The notes: generated by a model not told the origin, from the sequence alone. Shown: positions 1 through 8,133, numbered from the stretch's first letter. The stretch is DNA of 30,228 bases from Planctomycetota bacterium (GCA_009926815.1 RFOC01000001.1:1-30228); one strand, 5' to 3'. Numbers and translations: made by a program.

Positions 1-170
1 TCGTCAAGGGCGACGCGGTCACCATCAAGGAAGGCCCGTTCCAGAACTACGAGGGCACCGTCGACGAGACGCTGCCCGACAAGGGCCTGGTGCGCGTGCT
101 GGTTACCATCTTCGGTCGCCAGGCACCGGTCGAACTCGAGTACTGGCAGATCGCGAAGGCGGAGAAGTGA
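1..170 (+). CDS. nusG: Transcription termination/antitermination factor NusG, C-terminal KOW domain (5'-truncated by window edge)
   Basis: Manual translation from nt 3: VKGDAVTIKEGPFQNYEGTVDETLPDKGLVRVLVTIFGRQAPVELEYWQIAKAEK*, the NusG KOW signature (GPF..IFGR.PVEL). TGA at 168-170. Not in the ORF track. Confidence 0.93.
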   Translation, partial: VKGDAVTIKEGPFQNYEGTVDETLPDKGLVRVLVTIFGRQAPVELEYWQIAKAEK

Positions 171-187
171 CGCCAGGAGGCCTCACC

Positions 188-748
188 ATGCTTCGGAACC
201 TTTCCGTCCTGCTTGCCAGCCTGTTCCTGGGCGCGTGCGCGACCATGGCCACCTACCCGCCCACCGCGGGCTCGGGTGGCGTGACCGCCACGCAGCCGCC
301 GCTGCCGCAGATCATGGCCAGCGCGCTCCGATACGCGCAGCAGCGCGGCAATCCGAATGCGCCGCTGGTCTTCAACCTGCCCCCGCGAACCCTGCAGGCG
401 GCGTGGGACGACGTGGCCAAGCGACTCGGTGACGGCGCCCGCGCCATGACCGAGGGTGACAAGGAAGCGTTCACCGTTCGACAGCTTCGCCTCAACGGCG
501 GTCAGGCCGAGGTGGACATCGTCTACCCATCGCCCGAGGGCGTCTTCCAGATCATGACCGTGCACCTCGAGGGTGCCTTCGGCGTGGACTACCGGCCGAT
601 GTACACGCAGCGGTGGCTGATCCCCTCGAAGGCCCAGACCTTCAACCCGCCGATCGCGGGTCCCTTCGCCGAGCCGGGCAAGAACTTCGGACCGGCCGAG
701 ATGGAGGATCCAGTCGCGCCGGCCACCGATGCCGGCGAGACCAGGTGA
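188..748 (+). CDS. Hypothetical lipoprotein
   Basis: AGGAGG at 175-180 precedes ATG 188. N-terminus MLRNLSVLLASLFLGAC has a lipobox (LGAC). Pro-rich ends; no recognised domain. Confidence 0.75.
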   Translation: MLRNLSVLLASLFLGACATMATYPPTAGSGGVTATQPPLPQIMASALRYAQQRGNPNAPLVFNLPPRTLQAAWDDVAKRLGDGARAMTEGDKEAFTVRQLRLNGGQAEVDIVYPSPEGVFQIMTVHLEGAFGVDYRPMYTQRWLIPSKAQTFNPPIAGPFAEPGKNFGPAEMEDPVAPATDAGETR

Positions 749-767
749 TCGCGTCGGCGGACCGCTC

Positions 768-1676
768 ATGAGCGTGTCTGCCAGCCTGCAAGCGGCGGCC
801 AGCGACATCAAGCTGCATCACAGCGTGTTCGCGCTGCCCTTTGCGCTGCTTGGCGCGTGCCTGGCGGCCGTGCAGCCGCAGGGCATGCCGTGGTCCGGCG
901 TGGCGGGACCGCTGGCGCTGATCGTGGGCTGCATGGTCTCGGCGCGCACGGTGGCCATGCTGGCCAACCGGATCATGGACGCCGGGATCGATGCGCGAAA
1001 CCCGCGCACGGTGACGCGGGCCATTCCCTCCGGCCGGCTCTCCCGGCGTGCGGCGCTGATCATGGCGTTCGTGAGCGTGATGGCCTTCGAGGCGTGCACG
1101 CTGGCCTTCGCCATCCTGCTGGGCAACGTGTGGCCGCTCATCCTGCAGGTGCCGGTGCTGCTCTGGCTGGTGCTCTATCCGCTGGCGAAGAGATTCACGT
1201 GGCTCTGCCATGCGTGGCTCGGGGCCAGCCTGGCCATGAGCGTGCCTGCGGCGGCCCTGGCCATTCGCCCCGAGTCGCTCGCCCAGCCCGTGGTGTGGTG
1301 GGTGGCGGGCATGGTGCTCCTGTGGGTGACCGGCTTCGACGTGATCTACGCCCTGCAGGATGTGGAGACCGATCGAAGAGAGGGCCTGCAGAGCATGCCG
1401 GCCCGACTGGGGGTCCCTGCATCGCTCTGGATCAGCCGGGTCATGCATGGGCTGGCGGTCGTCTGCCTCTGGCAGGCCTGGATCGCCGAGCCGCGGCTGG
1501 GCCTGCCCTTCGCCTTCGCCATCGTGCTGGTCACGGCCGTGCTCGTGCTCGAGCACGCCACGGTGCACCGCTGGGGCACGTCCCGCATGGCCCTGACCTT
1601 CTTCACGCTCAACGGGATTGTGAGCATTGTGTTGGGAACGGCGGGAATCCTCGGGCTGGCGGGTCTCGGGCGTTAG
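768..1676 (+). CDS. UbiA-family prenyltransferase, MqnP-like (futalosine menaquinone pathway type)
   Basis: IKLHHSVFALPFA N-terminal motif, Asp-rich motifs NRIMDAGIDARNPRT and FDVIYALQDVETD, and multiple hydrophobic helices. ATG 768 is in frame with track ORF 729..1676. Confidence 0.88.
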   Translation: MSVSASLQAAASDIKLHHSVFALPFALLGACLAAVQPQGMPWSGVAGPLALIVGCMVSARTVAMLANRIMDAGIDARNPRTVTRAIPSGRLSRRAALIMAFVSVMAFEACTLAFAILLGNVWPLILQVPVLLWLVLYPLAKRFTWLCHAWLGASLAMSVPAAALAIRPESLAQPVVWWVAGMVLLWVTGFDVIYALQDVETDRREGLQSMPARLGVPASLWISRVMHGLAVVCLWQAWIAEPRLGLPFAFAIVLVTAVLVLEHATVHRWGTSRMALTFFTLNGIVSIVLGTAGILGLAGLGR

Positions 1677-1679
1677 CCT
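1674..1679 (+). promoter_or_regulatory. Putative -10 hexamer TAGCCT (overlaps upstream TAG stop)
   Basis: TANNNT 6 nt before GTG 1686. Confidence 0.45.
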
Positions 1680-1685
1680 GCCCCT

Positions 1686-2600
1686 GTGGCCTCCACGCTC
1701 GACGCTCGCAGGCCGATGCCGGTGTCGCTTCGGGCCGTGCTCGAGCACGAGTTCGACGCTGCCGAGCGTCGGCTTCGACAGGCGGAGGGATGGAGATCCG
1801 AGGACCGTGTGGAGGGCGTGCACGAGTTCCGCCGAGCCGTGAAGCGGTTGCGGGCGGCGGTGTCCATCGCGGCCGCGGAGGTTGGAGAACGGGAGTGGAC
1901 ATCGGTGGATCGCGGTCTCTCGGCGGCCGCCAGGCGGCTTGGTGGCCTTCGTGATGCGCACGCTCGTCGTGCCGCGGCGCAGCGACTGGTGCGACTGCTG
2001 CCGCGATCCACGCGTGCCGTGGGCATGGACGCATGGCGAGCGGCTGGAGGTTCCCTGACCGAGGCCGCCGCGGAACCGTCGCCGGTGGCGGTGCATCGGC
2101 TTGTGCAGGCCAGTGCCGGGGAACTGGATGGCCTTCGACACCGCGTGGCCGCGTGGACGCTGGAGGGGCTCGACCGGCATGCGGTGGTCGACGCCGTGGT
2201 CCTGGCATGGAGCCGAGCCCGCGACCGGTTCCGTGCCTCATGGGAAGGACGCGAGGGCGAATGGCTGCATGGTGCCCGCAAGAGGGCGCAGCGATGCGCC
2301 TCCATGCTGCTGCTGGTCCAGGCCTGGGATGGGCGGGGCATTCGCGACGCCCAGCGCAGGCTTCGCCAGGCCGCGAGCCTGCTCGGTGAGGCTCGCGATG
2401 CCGAACTGATGCTTGCCTGCATGCCCGAGCCGGCGAAGGGCGATGCCCTGTGGCCGGTCACGCGGCGATGGCGATCGGCCATCACGCGGCACGCGGCGAC
2501 CTGCCTGCGTCGGGCTCGACGCGAGGGACTGCTGGCCCTGGCCCAGGGACGGGGAGAGCTCCGTCGACGACTTCGGCGGGGACCGAAATCGCGGGGCTGA
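1686..2600 (+). CDS. Stand-alone CHAD-domain protein (polyphosphate-binding family)
   Basis: Two CHAD half-repeats: VHEFRRAVKRLRA...LGGLRDAH and LHGARKRAQR...LLGEARDAEL. Arg-rich and helical. Confidence 0.85.
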   Translation: MASTLDARRPMPVSLRAVLEHEFDAAERRLRQAEGWRSEDRVEGVHEFRRAVKRLRAAVSIAAAEVGEREWTSVDRGLSAAARRLGGLRDAHARRAAAQRLVRLLPRSTRAVGMDAWRAAGGSLTEAAAEPSPVAVHRLVQASAGELDGLRHRVAAWTLEGLDRHAVVDAVVLAWSRARDRFRASWEGREGEWLHGARKRAQRCASMLLLVQAWDGRGIRDAQRRLRQAASLLGEARDAELMLACMPEPAKGDALWPVTRRWRSAITRHAATCLRRARREGLLALAQGRGELRRRLRRGPKSRG

Positions 2601-2610
2601 TGCCGCGTCC

Positions 2611-2635
2611 TGCTACCTTCGGCGGTTCTCTGGAG
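2611..2635 (+). promoter_or_regulatory. Putative extended -10 (TG-c-TACCTT) and Shine-Dalgarno GGAG of proS
   Basis: TG 2611-2612, TACCTT 2614-2619, GGAG 2632-2635, ATG 2641. Confidence 0.5.
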
Positions 2636-2640
2636 CACCC

Positions 2641-4206
2641 ATGAGCACCGCAAGCAAGCAACCCGCCGCCCCCCAGACCGCCATCACGCCCACGCGCGAG
2701 CAGAACTACACCGAGTGGTACCAGCAGGTGGTCCGCGCGGCCGACCTGGCCGAGAACAGTCCGGTCCGCGGCTGCATGGTGATCAAGCCGTGGGGCTATG
2801 CGCTGTGGGAGAACTTCCAGCGGGTGCTCGACCGGATGTTCAAGGAGACGGGACACCGCAACGCGTACTTCCCGCTCTTCATCCCGCTCAGCTTCCTGGA
2901 GAAGGAGGCGGAGCACGTGGAGGGCTTCGCGAAGGAGTGCGCCGTGGTCACGCACCATCGCCTGCAGGCCGGCAAGAAGGCCGACGGCCGGCCCGGGCTG
3001 GTTCCGGCCGGCGAGCTGGAGGAGCCGCTCGTGGTGCGGCCGACCAGCGAGACGATCATCGGCGCCAGCTTCGCCAAGTGGGTGCAGAGCTGGCGCGACC
3101 TTCCGCTGCTGATCAACCAGTGGGCGAACGTGGTGCGTTGGGAGATGCGCACGCGGCTCTTCCTCCGAACGGCCGAGTTCCTCTGGCAGGAGGGCCACAC
3201 GGCCCACGCCACGGAGGCCGAGGCACGCGAGGAGACCATGCGCATGCTCGAGGTCTACCGGGTGTTCGCCGAGGAATGGATGGCCATGCCCGTGGTGACC
3301 GGACGCAAGACCGATGGCGAGCGTTTCCCGGGGGCCGTGGACACCTTCTCCATCGAGGCCATGATGCAGGACCGGAAGGCCCTGCAGGCCGGCACCAGCC
3401 ACTTCCTGGGGCAGAACTTCGCCAAGGCCAGCGAGATCAAGTTTCTCGACCAGGCGGGCACCCTGCAGCACGCCTGGACCACCAGCTGGGGCGTGAGCAC
3501 GCGGCTGGTCGGCGGTCTCATCATGACGCATGCCGATGACGACGGTCTGGTGGTGCCGCCGCGACTGGCGCCGACCCATGTGGTCATCCTGCCGATCACC
3601 CCCAAGCCCGAGACGGCCCCGGCCATCCACGAGGCATGCGAGAAGCTGGCCAAGCGACTGCGCGAGTTGCCCTACGCGGGACGCACCGTCGAGGTGGAGG
3701 TCGATCGACGCGACCTTCGCGGCGGCGACAAGATGTGGCAGTGGGTGAAGAAGGGCGCGCCGGTGCGGGTGGAGATCGGTCCGCGCGACCTGGAGCAGGG
3801 GCTGGTCAGCGTCAGCCGCCGTGACCGCGGGGTGAAGGAGCGGGAGGCCATGTCGCCCGACGCGCTGGCCGGCCGGATCCTGGACCTGCTCGAGGAGATC
3901 CAGAAGGGCATGTTCGACCGTGCGAAGGCCCATGTGGACCGCCACAGCCGGAAGATCGATGACCCGAAGGAGTTCCGGGCGTTCTTCACCCCGAGCAAGC
4001 CCGAGACCGACAACGCACCCACCGAGATCCATGGTGGTTTCGCCTGGAGCCGTTTCTGCATGGACCCGGCCGAGGAGGCGAAACTCAAGAACGAACTGGG
4101 TGTGACGGTCCGCTGCATCCCGCTGCAGGGCGGGGAGGACCCGGGCCCCTGCATCCTGACCGGGAAGCCTGCCACCCATCGCGTGGTCTTCGCGAAGGCG
4201 TACTGA
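2641..4206 (+). CDS. proS: Proline--tRNA ligase, archaeal/eukaryote-like type (no INS editing domain)
   Basis: YTEWYQQVV, VRPTSET, NQWANVVRWE, FLRTAEFLWQEGHT, QAGTSHFLGQNF, TSWGVSTR and C-terminal VFAKAY. Confidence 0.97.
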   Translation: MSTASKQPAAPQTAITPTREQNYTEWYQQVVRAADLAENSPVRGCMVIKPWGYALWENFQRVLDRMFKETGHRNAYFPLFIPLSFLEKEAEHVEGFAKECAVVTHHRLQAGKKADGRPGLVPAGELEEPLVVRPTSETIIGASFAKWVQSWRDLPLLINQWANVVRWEMRTRLFLRTAEFLWQEGHTAHATEAEAREETMRMLEVYRVFAEEWMAMPVVTGRKTDGERFPGAVDTFSIEAMMQDRKALQAGTSHFLGQNFAKASEIKFLDQAGTLQHAWTTSWGVSTRLVGGLIMTHADDDGLVVPPRLAPTHVVILPITPKPETAPAIHEACEKLAKRLRELPYAGRTVEVEVDRRDLRGGDKMWQWVKKGAPVRVEIGPRDLEQGLVSVSRRDRGVKEREAMSPDALAGRILDLLEEIQKGMFDRAKAHVDRHSRKIDDPKEFRAFFTPSKPETDNAPTEIHGGFAWSRFCMDPAEEAKLKNELGVTVRCIPLQGGEDPGPCILTGKPATHRVVFAKAY

Positions 4207-4212
4207 GATAGC

Positions 4213-4270
4213 AGGGACGGGCCTACCTATCGGACGTCATCGAAGACGTCCGATAGGTAGGCCCGTCCCT
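4213..4270. repeat. Perfect 26-bp inverted repeat with 6-nt spacer
   Basis: AGGGACGGGCCTACCTATCGGACGTC (4213-4238), spacer ATCGAA, then GACGTCCGATAGGTAGGCCCGTCCCT (4245-4270), the exact reverse complement. Begins 6 nt after the proS stop. Confidence 0.95.
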
Positions 4271-4388
4271 CTCCCTTTCCTGCCGGATTTGCCGGAACAG
4301 ATCGCTCATCCGGATCGGATTCTCCCTTGCCGCAAGGCAGTTGGCGTGTCGTGCGCCGGCTTCATTCGGAGGTTGAGGAGAAAAGGCC

Positions 4389-5063
4389 GTGAAGAGCTGT
4401 GTCGTTGCATCGGCAGTCGCCGCCGTCTGCGTCGCGTCGTCGGCGTGGGCGGGTCTTGTCAATCCCCTGACGCCCGCCTGGAGGGGCTCCTCCAACACCA
4501 TGTTCATGGGTTGGGAGAACTTCACCGCCGCCTACGCCGGGGCGAACACCGGTGACATGGCTGGCAGCTCCAGCCTGGCCTCGCTCTTCAACTTCGGACC
4601 GACCGCCGTCCTGAGCTCGGGCAACATCTACAGCGGGTTCGGCTCGCTCTCCGTGATGATCATGGGTGGCGTGACGGCATCGCCGCGCAACCCCCGGGAC
4701 GTCGTCCTGAACGTGGCCACCCTCGGGGCGGGTTCCGTCAGTGATGCGACCGTGGCGCTGACGCTCTTCGACAACTCGGGCAATTCTCGCCGCATCACTC
4801 CCACCGCGACGCAGACCCGGTCCTCCGTGGCCAGCAGTGCGGGCGGCTTCCCCGGCAACGAGATCACCATGGCCTACAGCTGGACGGTGCCGGACCTGGC
4901 CTGGAACTGCACCCGATGGCAGATCGACTTCTCCACGACCGGGATCCACACCTCGCTGGATGCCGTGTCGCTGGACATGAACCTTGTGCCCGGTCCTGGA
5001 GCGCTGAGCGTGCTGGCCGCGTTCCTGCCGGGTGCAACACGTGGGAGGCGGCGGCGCCGCTGA
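4389..5063 (+). CDS. Secreted protein with PEP-CTERM-like (VPGPG) C-terminal sorting signal
   Basis: GAGGAG at 4375-4380 before GTG 4389. Signal peptide ending SSAWA. C-terminus VPGPGALSVLAAFLPGATRGRRRRR. Ser/Thr/Gly-rich body. Confidence 0.8.
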   Translation: MKSCVVASAVAAVCVASSAWAGLVNPLTPAWRGSSNTMFMGWENFTAAYAGANTGDMAGSSSLASLFNFGPTAVLSSGNIYSGFGSLSVMIMGGVTASPRNPRDVVLNVATLGAGSVSDATVALTLFDNSGNSRRITPTATQTRSSVASSAGGFPGNEITMAYSWTVPDLAWNCTRWQIDFSTTGIHTSLDAVSLDMNLVPGPGALSVLAAFLPGATRGRRRRR

Positions 5064-5094
5064 GGCGCCTCTCCTCCGCCCACGCCCTTTTTCG

Positions 5095-5134
5095 AGCGGG
5101 CGGGATCCCCTAGGGTCCCGTCCGCTTGCTTTTT
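5095..5134 (+). terminator. Intrinsic terminator
   Basis: 14-bp stem AGCGGGCGGGATCC / GGGTCCCGTCCGCT with two G-U pairs, 4-nt loop CCTA, followed by TGCTTTTT. The G-U pairs only work on the + strand RNA. Confidence 0.7.
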
Positions 5135-5163
5135 GGGGATTGTCGTGCGGCCTCAGGCCCGAT

Positions 5164-5802
5164 TCAGGACGGGCCTGGCCGAGGCGAGGCGGCGAGCCGT
5201 TGGGCTCGATCCGCCGCCAGTTGCTCGTCCCATCGGGGCTGGATGCGGTGGTCCACGCCGAGCAGGTCGAGCATGCGAGCCACCATGAAGTCGACCAGGT
5301 CGCCGATGGTCGCCGGATTCAGGTAGAAGCCCGGCGAGAGAGGGAGCACGATGGCACCCGCCAGCGTCGCGGCCCGCATGGCCTCGATCTCCACCAGGCT
5401 CAGGGGCGTCTCGCGGTGCGCCAGGATGAGTCGCCGTCGCTCCTTCAGCGTGACCATGGCGGCTCGCTGGAGCTGGTTGTCGGTGAGCCCGTAGGCGACC
5501 TTGCTGAGCGTGTTGCCCGAGCAGGGGACCACGATCATGCCGTCGTGCACGAAGCTGCCACTGGCGATCGGTCCACCAAGGTCATTCTCGTTGTGGATGG
5601 TGATGGCGGAGCCCCGTCCGTCGGTGAGGACGTCCGGGTCGAGCCGCTTCACGCCGCACTCGTCGGCCAGCAGCCGACGCCCCAGCGACGAGGCCACCAG
5701 ATGGATCTCGCAGTCCGCCCGAGCCAGGTGGTGCAGCAGCCGAAGCGCGTACGGGGCGCCGCTGGCGCCCGTGATGCCGACGATGATGCGCTTGCTGGCC
5801 AT
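5164..5802 (-). CDS. ubiX: Flavin prenyltransferase UbiX
   Basis: MASKRIIVGITGASGA, GGPIASGSF, VVPCSGNTL, LKERRRLILAHRETP, PGFY. ATG at 5802 lies within track ORF 5164..6546. Confidence 0.95.
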   Translation of the reverse strand: MASKRIIVGITGASGAPYALRLLHHLARADCEIHLVASSLGRRLLADECGVKRLDPDVLTDGRGSAITIHNENDLGGPIASGSFVHDGMIVVPCSGNTLSKVAYGLTDNQLQRAAMVTLKERRRLILAHRETPLSLVEIEAMRAATLAGAIVLPLSPGFYLNPATIGDLVDFMVARMLDLLGVDHRIQPRWDEQLAADRAQRLAASPRPGPS

Positions 5803-5855
5803 GGCAGGGGATTCGCCCGAACGCTCCGGCCGGATGAGCTCGCGGGGGCGAAAAG

Positions 5856-7397
5856 TCAGCCGGCGGGAGCCGTTTCCACCCGAGGATAGAGGGCGACCTT
5901 CACCAGGCCACGGCCCGGGGTGAGGGCGCCCCATCGGCTGCGCTGGGCCCAGTCGCCACCCACGCCACCGAAGGCGGCCGCCAGATCCACGGTCTTCACC
6001 GGCAGGAAGGGCTCCAGCAGCACGCCGGCGATCCGGACCGTCTCGGCGCATTGCGCGAGGATGGATCCCACCTCGCCACGACGCGCCGGGTCCTTGGCCA
6101 GCTTGAAGGGCTCCGTGCGGTTGATGAAACCATCCACCTCGCGAAGGAGACCCATGGCCACGCCCGTGGCCTGCACCAGCTCGAAGCGATCGATGTGGCC
6201 CTCCCACGCACGCACGGCGGCGGCGCAGCGCGCCGGCCACTCGCCACCACCCTGGGGATCCTCGGGCATGCGGCCGTCGAAGGTCTTGCCGATCATGGCG
6301 CTCACGCGGCTGCTGCAGTTGCCCACGGTGTTCACCAGTTCGGCCATGTAGGTGTCGTGGAAGGCGGCGGCCCGGAAGTCGGTGTCGGTGGCATCCAGCG
6401 GACCACGCGTCACCAGGAACCAGCGCAGCGCATCCAGCCCGTAGCGATCCACGTACCCCTGCAGCGCCGGCAGGTCGATGAAGTTGCCCAGGCTCTTGCT
6501 CATCTTCTGGCCCTCGCTGATCCAGAAGCTGTGCGCGTACACGCACTTCGGCAGCGGCAGCTCAAGGGCCATGAGCATGGCCGGCCAGATGACCGCGTGG
6601 AACCAGAGGATCTCCTTGCCCACCACGTGGTAGTCCGCGGGCCAGAAGCGATTGCGCTCCGGCTGGCTGCCATCCCCCAGGCCCAGTGCCGTGACGTAGT
6701 TGAGCAGCGCGTCGATCCACACGTAGATCACGTGACCCGGATCGCCCGGCATGGGAATGCCCCACGAGAAGTTGGTCCGCGTGATGGGCACGTCCTGCAG
6801 GCCCTCGCGCAGGCGTCCGAGCACCTCGTTGCGGCGTGCGGCCGGACGGACGAAGTCGGGATGGTCGGCGAACAGCCTCTCCAGTCGGGGCGCGAACGCG
6901 CTGAGCCGGAAGTACCAGTTCTCCTCCCGGGCCCGCACCAGCGGGCGACCGCTCACTGGACTCCGGTAGTCGCATTCCTTCGCCTTGGTCTCGGTCAGGT
7001 AGGTCTCCTCGCCCTCGTCGTACCAACCCTCGAAGGAGCCCTTGGCCAGGGCCCCGGCGGCTCGCAGCCGCTCGACCAGCAGCTGCACCTGGCGCTCGTG
7101 GCGGGGCTGCGTGGTTCGGATGAAGTCGTCGTTGGTCTGCTGGAAGAGCCGAAGCACGGCCTCGAACTCGGCTGCGTTGCGATCCGCCCACGCCTGCGGC
7201 GAGACGCCGTTGGCGGCGGCGCTCTTCTCCACCTTCACGCCGTGCTCGTCGGTGCCCGTCAGGAAGAACGTGTCGAAGCCGCGGAGCCGCATGGCCCTTG
7301 CCCATGCATCGCAGAGCGTGGTGGTGTAGACGTGGCCGATGTGCGGCCGATCGTTCACGTAGTAGATGGGCGTGGTGATGCTGGCCGTGGCGGGCAT
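5856..7397 (-). CDS. metG: Methionine--tRNA ligase (short monomeric form, no C-terminal tRNA-binding domain)
   Basis: TTPIYYVNDRPHIGH (HIGH), LTGTDEHG, YVWIDAL, GKEILWFH, KMSKS. Confidence 0.97.
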   Translation of the reverse strand: MPATASITTPIYYVNDRPHIGHVYTTTLCDAWARAMRLRGFDTFFLTGTDEHGVKVEKSAAANGVSPQAWADRNAAEFEAVLRLFQQTNDDFIRTTQPRHERQVQLLVERLRAAGALAKGSFEGWYDEGEETYLTETKAKECDYRSPVSGRPLVRAREENWYFRLSAFAPRLERLFADHPDFVRPAARRNEVLGRLREGLQDVPITRTNFSWGIPMPGDPGHVIYVWIDALLNYVTALGLGDGSQPERNRFWPADYHVVGKEILWFHAVIWPAMLMALELPLPKCVYAHSFWISEGQKMSKSLGNFIDLPALQGYVDRYGLDALRWFLVTRGPLDATDTDFRAAAFHDTYMAELVNTVGNCSSRVSAMIGKTFDGRMPEDPQGGGEWPARCAAAVRAWEGHIDRFELVQATGVAMGLLREVDGFINRTEPFKLAKDPARRGEVGSILAQCAETVRIAGVLLEPFLPVKTVDLAAAFGGVGGDWAQRSRWGALTPGRGLVKVALYPRVETAPAG

Positions 7398-7405
7398 GGA
7401 CCGTC

Positions 7406-7411
7406 AGTCTA
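7406..7411 (-). promoter_or_regulatory. Putative -10 hexamer TAGACT (overlaps upstream TAG stop)
   Basis: 8 nt before the metG ATG; no SD visible. Confidence 0.5.
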
Positions 7412-8050
7412 CGGAGCCCCGAGCGGTGCCCGAGCGGCTTCGGCGTCGGCCGCATTCTCGAAGCAGGCCAGCCGGAGCACCGCGCCATCGCTCCAGACCA
7501 GTGCCGTGCTCTCCATGCCCGGCAGTTCCCCCTCGAGCGTCTGGTCGGCGGCAAGCGGTCGGGGCCGGCCCCGAGCGTCGAACGCCAGGTACTGCCCCTC
7601 GTCGGCGGCGACGAACAGCAGGATCCACCGCTGGTCCGCCTGGCCGCGACCCTGATACACCAGCACCGCGGAGCGGTAGGTGGAGCCCGGAAGGGACACG
7701 GGTCCGACCCGCCTGAGGTGGAATCCGATGGACGCCAGATCCGGTGCGGTCACCGGTCGGCCGGTCAGCCGCTGGAGCAGGCCCTTCGCCTCCTCGGGCG
7801 CCAGATCGGGTTCACCGATCGCCTCGAGCGAATCCATGATGGCCCGATAGCGCATCCGTGCGGCCGCGTCGAGCACATCCACCAGGGGCAGTCCGCCGCC
7901 ATGGCTGAGGCGGCCGGCGACGGTCGGGCCGTAGATGCCAAAGAGCACCGCACCCACCACGAGCAGCAGGCTCATGACCAGGGCCGGGATGGAGGGGGCC
8001 CGCTGGAACGGGCTGGGTCGCTGGATCTCGTGGCCTCCCGTGTCGGTCAC
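7409..8050 (-). CDS. Hypothetical single-pass membrane protein; C-terminal part resembles the extracytoplasmic domain of anti-sigma factors
   Basis: Hydrophobic helix IPALVMSLLLVVGAVLFGIYG. Segment APDLASIGFHL...SAVLVYQG...ILLFV resembles the PDL..G..L / .Y motif of transmembrane anti-sigma proteins (from memory). Fills the gap between metG and the divergent gene. Confidence 0.6.
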   Translation of the reverse strand: MTDTGGHEIQRPSPFQRAPSIPALVMSLLLVVGAVLFGIYGPTVAGRLSHGGGLPLVDVLDAAARMRYRAIMDSLEAIGEPDLAPEEAKGLLQRLTGRPVTAPDLASIGFHLRRVGPVSLPGSTYRSAVLVYQGRGQADQRWILLFVAADEGQYLAFDARGRPRPLAADQTLEGELPGMESTALVWSDGAVLRLACFENAADAEAARAPLGAP

Positions 8051-8056
8051 GCCGCG

Positions 8057-8127
8057 ATGCTAGGGAATGCCGGGGCCCGCATCCGGCACGGCGGGATTCG
8101 GCGCAGCCGTGGTGCAGCACCTACGAT
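8057..8127. promoter_or_regulatory. Divergent pair of putative -10 hexamers
   Basis: Minus-strand TAGCAT (8057-8062) is 6 nt before GTG 8050. Plus-strand TACGAT (8122-8127) is 6 nt before GTG 8134. Confidence 0.55.
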
Positions 8128-8133
8128 GCCCAC

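Noticed and set aside
2482-4179. Long antisense ORFs (also 6051..7655, 14746..16473, 16484..17716, 20065..22275, 25773..27875, 28707..30185)
   Set aside because: Each mirrors a well-supported gene on the other strand, has no recognisable motif, and is expected from stop-codon scarcity at high GC.
4223-4260. Classifying the 26-bp repeat as a canonical GTAG-family REP/REPIN
   Set aside because: The GTAG motifs face outward, each arm lacks its own REP hairpin, and no RAYT gene or second copy is present in the window.
5164-6546. N-terminal extension of ubiX in the ORF track (likewise 23490..25031, 18335..19654, 17427..18839, 10535..11479, 2413..4206)
   Set aside because: The extensions overlap neighbouring real genes in another frame. 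Homology begins at the internal starts given, so these are not fusions.
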